64,000 nt of DNA from Eledone cirrhosa (Eukaryota), in assembly GCA_964016885.1 (NCBI GenBank), contig OZ024743.1, positions 335,420,001 through 335,484,000 on the forward strand, given 5' to 3'. Shown piece after piece: positions 54,022 to 64,000 of this stretch (positions within the stretch are counted from its first letter, which is position 1; each line of letters opens with the position of its first letter). The notes below the pieces were generated by a model that ran no database searches, was not told the DNA's origin, and was given only the letters and a program-made list of their open reading frames with translations. The translations under genes and the position numbers were made by a program.

Positions 54022-54410
54022 CTGACTGAATACAAAAATCTTTTTCAAAACAAGAAAGTCACCTTTCTTTCCTCTTCTTCCATTCAATTTCATCCTTTAT
54101 TCCTCATTCTATCTTCTAATGAAAGACTAGTGACTGGAATGTAAATACTCTTTTCCTACTATATCAGGCTTTAAACTAATTTTTGTAATTATAGTGTAGA
54201 AATAATTTCATATAGTTTTAGCATTTTGATGATTACTTCTCACAAAGAGGTTTGAATTTAAAAGCATTGATGCCATTTTGTTTTTTAACATTTTTTAAGC
54301 TCTTTCGGAAAGGATAGATTAGTAACTAAAGTCATCGAGAGTTTTTGTTGCTGTTTGTAGTTTGATTATTTATGGTTTAATTTATATATACATGCACACT
54401 CATACATATA

Positions 54411-55592
54411 TCTATATATATAAAATTCTTTGTCACTCTGTCTGTCCGTTTTTTTCCTATGCATTCTCAAACGGCTCGACCAAATCAAATTATATTTTAC
54501 AAGGTAGTATTAGACCACGGGCGTGTCAACATGTAATTTTTATTTTCATTTCGATTAAAACAATATAACATTTTATCTAAAATAATCTTTCTATAGTCAA
54601 TTAAAGGACGTGTTATGTCACGACGACGATGACTACGTCACATTTTTTATATGAGTGTGTATGTGTTTGTGCGTTCGTTACGTACGTTAGACCTCAGAGT
54701 ATTAAGCACACATACACACACCTACACATACATATACATACGGGTTGACTGACAAGTATATGTGTGTGAGTGTATGTGAAAGTTAGACGCATTTTGTATA
54801 TGAGTGTCTATGTGTCTGTGATTGTGTGTGTGTTTAAGCTTTCGTTAGATACGTTAGGCCTAAGTAAGTTGCACAGAGAATTAAACACACACGCACCTAC
54901 ACATACATATACATATGTATGTGAGGGTATGTGTGTGAGTATACATACATTTCTGTGACGACTAACATACCGAACACACACACATCTAAAGAGAGAGAGA
55001 TACAGAGGCAGAGAGAGAGTGACGCACAGAGAGAGAGAGAGGGCCGTTATACAGATAGAGATACAATCACAAACGACTCTTCAAGGCAGAATAAACTGGC
55101 TAAGAGCTGCGTTTTCATATGATATATCGAAAAAATTATAGAAATGATCCTAAAGTGGCGATTGATAGCATGGATATTACACTTGGCACGTGTTGCTTAG
55201 GAGGAAAGGTCAGACTTCCACTGATAGAGGATCCTCCAGCTCTTATCCATATCCTGCTTACAGACCATACTAACGAAGCTAAACACTTCAGAATCAATGT
55301 TATGTGGCATATTGCTGCGTTTCAGATCACGTCTTTGGAGCTGAAAAAGATCATACTGACTATGGTTATTTCACATTTAAAATCCAAGGCCAATGCTACC
55401 ATTTCATCGGCTAATAAGGAAGTTGCATGATTGTTTTTTATTCGCCCCCCCCCCCCCTGTCTCTCACATACACACGCACATTATGGTCTCACCTCATACT
55501 GTAAACTAGACAACACATCCACTACAATCGTTTTCTCTTTTATCCGTTTTCTCTTAACTGTTCTCCCGGGCGAAGCCGGGTACCTCAGCTAG
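54411..55592 (+). mobile_element. Non-autonomous Helitron with a RepHel N-terminal remnant
   Basis: A|TCTATATATATAAA 5' end; 3' hairpin CCCGG-gcgaag-CCGGG then CTAG|T; internal CCLGGKVRLP..PP..LL..AKHF..N...AAFQITS..FKIQGQ at 55190-55410. Confidence 0.8.
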
Positions 55593-55640
55593 TATATATA
55601 TATACGAGACCAAAATCACTGGATTTCGATCTAAACCCTT

Positions 55641-55711
<71 letters not shown>

Positions 55712-56712
55712 ATACTTGTGTGTGATATGTTAAACTAGATATTTTTGTCATGTCAAAGCTTGAGCACTCACTATCATTTGATTTATAGAAATAGTATTAT
55801 ATATTTTTTCTTCTATTCATCCTGAGGGTTGATAGGGAAGTGCAAGCATCAGGAGAATAACGATGAAATGCCTTTCAGGTTTAAGTTACTTTTCTTTATA
55901 TTTTAGAATCAAACCTCATTGGCGTTGCATTTTCTTCAATCTATCTAGAAAAAAAATGTTGCTAGTAATGTATGTATTTTGGGAGGTTTTAATTCGATTA
56001 ACAGTATACCTTTATCATAGAATTTTAGCACTAAGATCTTAGTTTATTTGTTGTATTTTACTTTGTAATCTGCTTCTATAATCTCAAAGTGTTATATCAT
56101 AATTAAATCGGGGTAAAATGGGACATGCTTTTTTCTAAGGGCATTAGCAGGTTTAATGAAGTTAAAATTGCTTTCAACCGAGAATGCTATACTGGCTTGA
56201 AATAATTCCAATGATGTTCACTATTGTATTTAAAATTTACATTAACTAATGAAAATGGTAATACAACAAGTATGTGTGTGTGTGTAAGTGTATACGTGTG
56301 TGTGTGTGTAATTTGCGAATAAGTTCACATATGTATGCATAATAAGCAAACCTTGTGGATCTTTGTGTAAATAAACCCTCTGATTAATCCATTAATCTTT
56401 CTCTCTCTCGCTCTCTCCCTCTCTCTCTCTCGCTCTCTAGACAGTAAAAATCGAGAACTGGTTACTACCGGGTAGCGTGGTTGTATAAAGAGCATCTATT
56501 TGGTTCGTCCTATGGCGAGAGCAGCATCTTACAGCTGCTTACAAACAGTTTATCAAACGTAGGTATGTGAACATACCCCCCCCCCCCCCCTCACACTCTC
56601 ATACACTCTGGCTCACGATCTTGCCTTTATATTACACTACCAATGAAAGTAGTGGTATGCAAATGAGAAAAATAAACGCCACTTAGACAGCAGTTTGGGA
56701 GCTATTATCTCT

Positions 56713-57592
<880 letters not shown>

Positions 57593-60500
57593 CATATATA
57601 TATACACATTAATAACACACACCTACACACACCACATACATACACACATATACACACACCCATATAATCCTCTTTCCCCTTCTTGCTTTTAGCGAATGAA
57701 AATAGGATTTGTTTATTCTCAAAACAGATTCATGTAATTTTATTATTATTTGTTTATTACTTAGAGAATCAAATTATAAGGCTCTGCATGAGTACACACA
57801 TGTGTTAGTATATGTTGGTGATTCCTCTTTTCGATATGTGTGTATATAGAGATTATAGTAAGGACAGATGAAAGAGGGACGTGAAGCATGTAGTTTAAAA
57901 GAAATATACGTTTATCAAATTAATTTTATAGTGAAAATTGACTAGTATCTATGTAGATTCGTTTTTCAAATATTTAAACCTAGCTTCGTGATTTTTATAA
58001 AACTGTCTAGTTGTCATCGTTACATTAATTTTTTTTTTTTAATTTTCATTTAATTTTTTATTTACTTATTTATTGTTTTTGAGAAGAAGAGAGCAAAGTA
58101 GCGAGTATTTGTGGATGACTGCTGCAGAAGTGAGTGAAGGACTAGTTGCAAGCCTGTGGAGACTGGCAACAAACAGTTTACAGCTCGTTCCCTTACCAAA
58201 GTCTACGGAAATCTGACCATATGCATTATTGATGATGTGTTCAAGGTTTTGCATACTTGGATGTGTGAAGAACATAGAAATCTAGCCGCAGTGAGATTTG
58301 TTAACTCGTATGCTACTTATGGCTGTTGCACAATACACAACTTCCCCAAACAGCGACATTTAAGTATGTACTACAGTGTGGTAAGGTATAGTTCATCGTT
58401 GTATGCAGTGATAGAAGCAAAACACTGTAAATATGACGAGTGTTTTATTTGGTCACAGTGATGAGTCAAAATCTACTTATGTGAATGTATGCACTATGCG
58501 TGCGTGTATGCGTGTTAATATGTATGAGAGGGGGCATGGAAATACTCGGTTTAGTGACCGAGCGCGCGATTAGCCCATGGGAAGTGAGAGGACTCCTTGC
58601 TCTTGTTAGGGCATCATTCTAGGAGAAGAAAAACTCTGGTGTCAAACGTGACATGTTGGCAGTCAATGATGTTGACCTGTTTATATCTTTGGATAGCTGT
58701 CACCGTTGTTCAGAGAGAGAGAGGGATTGGTCCAGTGCAAAACCTTCTTCACTTAAAAAAGCTTCAAGCAGGCATCAATAGATCTAAACGACTCTCACGT
58801 GTATTGCGTGAGTATCGCCTTTCTTTTTCTTTAACAGTGGCGTATGCAGAAAGGAATATAAGTCCATTACCATGCTAAAAAGTAACGTTCGTGCCACCCA
58901 TATATGAGAAAAGATTCTCGAAGCTGAGCTACATATATGTATATAAGAGGGACTGATGTGGAATCGAACCTGTATCAACTATATAATAAAGTGCACACTG
59001 CTATATAGATGAGCTCAACTGTGTAAATTATAACATAATTAGTTGATAAATAATAAACAAATGGAATAGACTGTCAACGACTAGATTTAATATTATGATA
59101 TCCCACACACACAACTTTACAGATACAAACATTGAACAATTTTACAAAACCCCTCTATAGCTTTCACTACAGATGGATACACGTGATGTTATGTTTTAAG
59201 ATGAGTAGTCTAAAACTAAACATTATCAAATTCCAGAGCCAATAATCTCTATTACAAAGAGGAAATCTGCTTCCGTGTAGTCAAGGGACAGAATCTAATT
59301 GTATTTAATGCGTTAATTTAAAGAAAACATTAGCGTTGATAGAAATAGGAATTAGAGTCTGTGAATAAACTGATGGTAAGGTTCAGCAAAACAAAAACAA
59401 TAGTAATACTAAAGACGCTGTAAGGAGTGGATCTAATATGGCTAAATGTTTAAGTCCGCTTCGTAATCATTAGAGCCCGGGTTCGTGCCCACTGTGTGGC
59501 ATGTTCAAGCCTTATGAGTGGAATTGGGTAGATGTAAACTGCACCTGTATGGCGGGGAATTGGTAGAGTCATTTGAACGTCGGATATAATGTTATGCCGT
59601 ATTTGTTCCGGTTCTCTGTACTCTGATTTCAAATTACACCGAGGTTTGCCTTGCCTTTCATCCTTTTGAAGTTGACTTAAAGTACAAGTCCAATACTAGG
59701 TCATTCTTTCCCCATATCTCTTTATCTCTATAACACACTCTATCTCCTTCTCTAGACGATGTGCTTAGACCCGGAGAAAATATGGACGCTGCCAGGTTTA
59801 AAAAGGTGCCGTGTGGAATTACGGTGCTCCTACGACTCCACCGAGAATTATGGGTTCAAACAATCTGCATCTGTGATTCAAACTGTGTCATACTGTTGTT
59901 CTTGAGAATTACATTAAGAGTACAACGTATCTGTCGAATGCTCAGCTACTGTTAATACATGAGCAAGCTGTTCTCTTGATCGAATAACTGGAACACCCAA
60001 CGTCGAAACCGACGGAGGTTCTTTCGTATTTTAATGTAAATATTTTATGATTTTATCTAAAGAAGAGCAATACGCCGAAAAATATTTCAAATTTTCTCAA
60101 ACAGATGAAGTAGAAACGATCTGTGCTTAACTTGTGAAGTTTGATATCTGAAGTAAAATGTAGTCAATGGACGAGTTTCAGTTTTATTACAGTTCTAGTC
60201 ATTTCTTTACAAGGAGTTCTGATGAGTGAAGTATATTAAAATTAGCGAGAGGAATAGAGACGACTATATCAAGTAGTTTACGTGGATTGCAAATAGAGAT
60301 TCCTTGGATCTGTTTTAATTCGTTAGAGATAGAGAATAAAACATGACTGGAATCTCGAATTAGTAATCGTCGGTTTAAAGGATGAGCGTTCCAGTTGATC
60401 AATCAACGGAACATCCTTCTCCTGAAATTAACGTGTGACTGATTATTCCGTACACGTGTATCAGAATTTCTCAGAGGATTCAGAGTAGGCCCTTTGAAAT

Positions 60501-62095
60501 ACAGGTTCAGCCATCTGACGGGCTTCCAAACAGTCTACATTTACCCAATTTCACTCAAGATATAGGTCGACTCTAAGCTGTGGTAAATTACACTTACCCA
60601 ACATGCCACACGTAGGATCGAATCCGGGCCTCAATAATTTCGAAGAAAACTTCTTAATTATTTGGCTCAGCTGCGTCCACTCCAGAGGTGTAGCTAGGGA
60701 AAATAACGCCGGCAAGCAGGGAAAGTGCACCCTGCCCAAACATGATTTATATAAATTGTTATGATAATCAAAAACAGATCTTACACCTGAAGAAACTTCT
60801 TTTATCACTCTCCGACGATAACTTATCTAACATTAATAGAAAGTGTCCTAGTCGAAGTAGCGCCCCTTTCAATTGGCACAACTGGCACGTTTCAAACATC
60901 TCATAGCCTTGGTTACTCCTCTGGTCCACACTAGTAGAGTAGTGTTGCATTGTATTGATGAATGACATCTGTACCTCTTTTAATGTGATATATAATCTAA
61001 AAGAAATGAATGCTTTGTCCCAGATATATTGTTTGCAACAGTTAACATTCCATCTTTTGTTGTTCATACCCGTGTATCTATGACCACATCATTAAATGTG
61101 GCCTTCCTCATTTTTAAAGTATGTAGCAGGTTGAGTAAAAGGTGACAGCTATTTCTAGCAAATTGTTTATGTGGTGGTTCCCTCATTGCTTCCTCATTGA
61201 CTGCGGCGGTGTATGGCGTACTAGGTAGTCAGCAGCTTTTCTAAGTTATTCGCGAAAATGAATTATTCGCTATTATAAAGAGCCTGTAACAGTATAAAGA
61301 CCCTGTAACAATTCTTACCCCCGGACCAGATCCTTGATCACTGTCACTACTATCGGAGCGGAGTTGGCTGCCCGCCCACACGAGCCGGTGAGGTGGAGTG
61401 TCTGTTCTAGCGCGCCTCCCTCACCGTCTTACGGAGCAATGTATTCCCCATCATGTGGGTCTGGAGCAAGGGGCGGCAGGTACGTTAGCTGGAGATGGAG
61501 GATATTCGTTCGAACGTCATACATATACGCACACACAAAATAAACACTGTTATTATTGTAACAACAGCTTTAGGCATTATATAAGTAAGACTAGCAGAAA
61601 ACCACCCGGTGGGCGGTTTTCTGCTAGCAAATCTAGTGTATATACTGATATTGTTGAGATTTGGATGAGAAATGTTTTCGGCACCACATGTTCACCGTCT
61701 CTCGGTGTGTCTTTTATGCATGTATAAATATATATGTTATCTATACGGTGAAATCTTAGAAATAAATATATGTTAAAACGAAAAAGGAGAAAAAGAGATT
61801 AGTGACGGAAATATAAACGTTATGATACATAAACGTTATGATATAACGATGGAAATATATCTTCAAATGGTCCTTGGCATGATGTCAAGTCAGAACAGCC
61901 TCGAACTGGTTACTTCTGGCTTGTGCAAGGTGTCTCTATAGCAACCAGCGATTCCCTCGGCCTCAGTGACCAAAGTCAGTGGAGAGGGGAAGGTAATGTT
62001 TCTATAGCGACAGTGTTTCTCTTGGTAATACCAAAGTGGAGAAATGAAGGGGAAGGTAATATTTCTGTAGCACCTACATTTGAGTTTTAGGGAAG

Positions 62096-62129
<34 letters not shown>

Positions 62130-62155
62130 GAAATGCCCATATATTGCTCTGTGTG

Positions 62156-62187
<32 letters not shown>

Positions 62188-62192
<5 letters not shown>

Positions 62193-62500
62193 CACACACA
62201 GAAATGTATATATATTTCTGTGTGTGTATATATATATATATATTACACACACATAAATGTATATATATTTCTGTGTGTATATATATATATATATTACACA
62301 CACATAAATGTATATATATTTCTGTGTGTATATATATATATTTCTGTGTGTGTGTATATATATATATATATTACACACACAGAAATGTATATATATAATT
62401 CTGTGTGTATATATATATATTACACACACAGAAAATGTATATATATTTCTGTGTGTGTATATATATATATATTACACATACAGAAATGTATATATATTTC
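62188..62500. repeat. Palindromic ~50-bp minisatellite
   Basis: tacacacacagaaatgtatatatatttctgtgtgtgta repeated about six times. Confidence 0.9.
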
Positions 62501-62621
62501 TTAGAACAAAATTATTATTAATGTTTTGCTGTTCATAACAATTGGAATTGAAAAATTACTTTTGAAATTATTAGTTATTTTACTAATGCTTAGATATGTA
62601 AAAATGAAGCAATGTTTCTAA

Positions 62622-62812
62622 TAATTGTTTCTACTTTTGGCACAAGGCCACCAATTACCCAGTACATTACTGGTACTTTATTTTATCGACCCCGTGAGGA
62701 TGAAAGGCAAAGTTAACCTCGACGGTATTTGAACTCAGACCGTAAAGGGACGTAACTCCATGCTATGAAGCATGGTGTCCGACTCTCTACAGATTCTGCC
62801 AATCCACCGCCC
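62622..62812 (-). mobile_element. SINE family A
   Basis: Full-length reverse match. Confidence 0.85.
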
Positions 62813-63202
62813 TAATGTCTGTACGTAATGAGGGAGTGAGAGGGGAGAGAAAGAAAGGCAGAGGTGAAGTGACAAAGTGACTCTCTCCTCCTCCTCCTCC
62901 CCCATCTTCCCATTCGTCACAGCGATAGAGGGGAGGAATGTTAGTGTGTTACAAAGAGAAAGAGTGAGAGTGAGAGAAACAGACAGACTAAAAGAGAGGG
63001 ATAGCTGGAGAGAGAGAGAGAGAGAGATAGCAACCACGCGCGCACGTGTTTCCACTGTCAGACAGACAGACAGAGAAATTGCTGGTTATATATTATAAGG
63101 AGATTATATGGTGAGTATGATAAAAGTAACATGAAATTTAATATTTGAAAAGTAGGGAAAACATTTTGAATGATATGACAAGTACTGGTTGGCTAATGAA
63201 AA

Positions 63203-63380
63203 ATAATTGTTTCTACTTTAGACACAAGGCCAGCAATTATCCCAGAGTATTATCGACCCCTTAAGGATGAAAGGCAAAGTTAACTTCGGCGGGATTTGAA
63301 CTCAGACCGTATAGATGCGTAACTCTATGTTGCAAAGCATGGTGCCCGACCCACTACAGATACCGCCAATCCACCGTCCT
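63203..63380 (-). mobile_element. SINE family A with TSD
   Basis: TSD tggctaatgaaaa(a)taat at about 63190 and 63383. Confidence 0.85.
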
Positions 63381-63424
63381 AATGGCTAATGAAAATAATG
63401 CAAAGATATTATTGATTGGCAAGG

Positions 63425-63693
63425 TATTGGGTTGTCCAGAAAGTAATTGCATGTTTTTCTCATAAATGGCAATAGAAGTTTTCAAATATAACTAACTTCA
63501 ATTTAAACCATTACTTCATTGTGTGACTTGACAGCTGACGGTTCAATGTTGATTTAGAGAAATAAAGTGCCTGATTTCTTTAATTGTTTATTTGACGTAG
63601 ATTCCAAATAGAAAACCAAAAGGAATGTTATCGCCATGAATTATTGTGTTACTTCCGAAAAAGAAAAACACTTTGTGCAAGCTCATAACGATT
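63425..63693 (+). mobile_element. mariner transposon 5' remnant
   Basis: TA-TTGGGTTGTCCAGAAAGTAATTGC TIR-like end; ENQKECYRHELLCYFRKRK resembles the mariner transposase N-terminus. Confidence 0.6.
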
Positions 63694-63978
63694 CGTCTTC
63701 TTGTCGTATAAGATGAACATAGTTAGAGAGGCAGGTCGAGGGGGATGAGTCAGAGCAAACCATCATTATGGTTTGTCTCCAAGCCGCTGGGAAAACGTCT
63801 GAGGGAGCAATCACGAACAACATACAGTACTGTCTGGTCAGGGTTCCCAACATATGCTGGGTTGTCTTTCATTTTCCATCGATGGAGACGATGGGCTGTC
63901 CTGGCATATGTTTTGCAGATCCGATTAAAGGACAACTGTTGCTTCCTGGTAAAAATGAAGGCTGGCTGGTTTAGATGT
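63694..63978 (-). mobile_element. Ingi/Vingi-like LINE 3' fragment inserted in the mariner
   Basis: 14-bp TSD agctcataacgatt (63680-63693, 63979-63992); NRI...LHRWK...GNPDQT..VVRDC.LRRFP.GL; tail atacgacaagaagacg. Confidence 0.65.
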
Positions 63979-64000
63979 AGCTCATAACGATTAAATATTG

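Noticed and set aside
58066-61067. Short ORFs of 60-100 aa in the less repetitive 58-61 kb region
   Set aside because: No recognisable domains or supportable exon structure; small host exons cannot be excluded without RNA data.

Overview
AT-rich, repeat-saturated eukaryotic DNA with no host protein-coding gene that I can support. The SINE families and long (TA)n tracts look cephalopod, probably Octopus (inference). The window is a mosaic of transposons. It holds two Penelope-like elements (PLE: RT + C-terminal GIY-YIG) with direct or inverted pseudo-LTRs, a 5'-inverted RTE LINE with a ~50-bp TSD and C2H2 fingers, and a CR1/L2-group LINE. There are also RTE, CRE, Tx1, Ingi/Vingi, mariner and Helitron remnants, and two tRNA-derived SINE families. 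The main hidden signal is RNA-level: many hammerhead ribozyme (HHR) folds from several unrelated families, read by eye. The best is a 312-bp HHR-bearing unit repeated about 7.3 times as two head-to-head tandem arrays inside (TA)n (46983-49276), which looks like a retrozyme / circular-RNA retroelement. Several HHRs have non-standard cores (U10.1-U11.1, U3-A8, a ~90-nt loop II). All folds were done by hand and none is shown to be active. Coordinates of degraded repeats are approximate.
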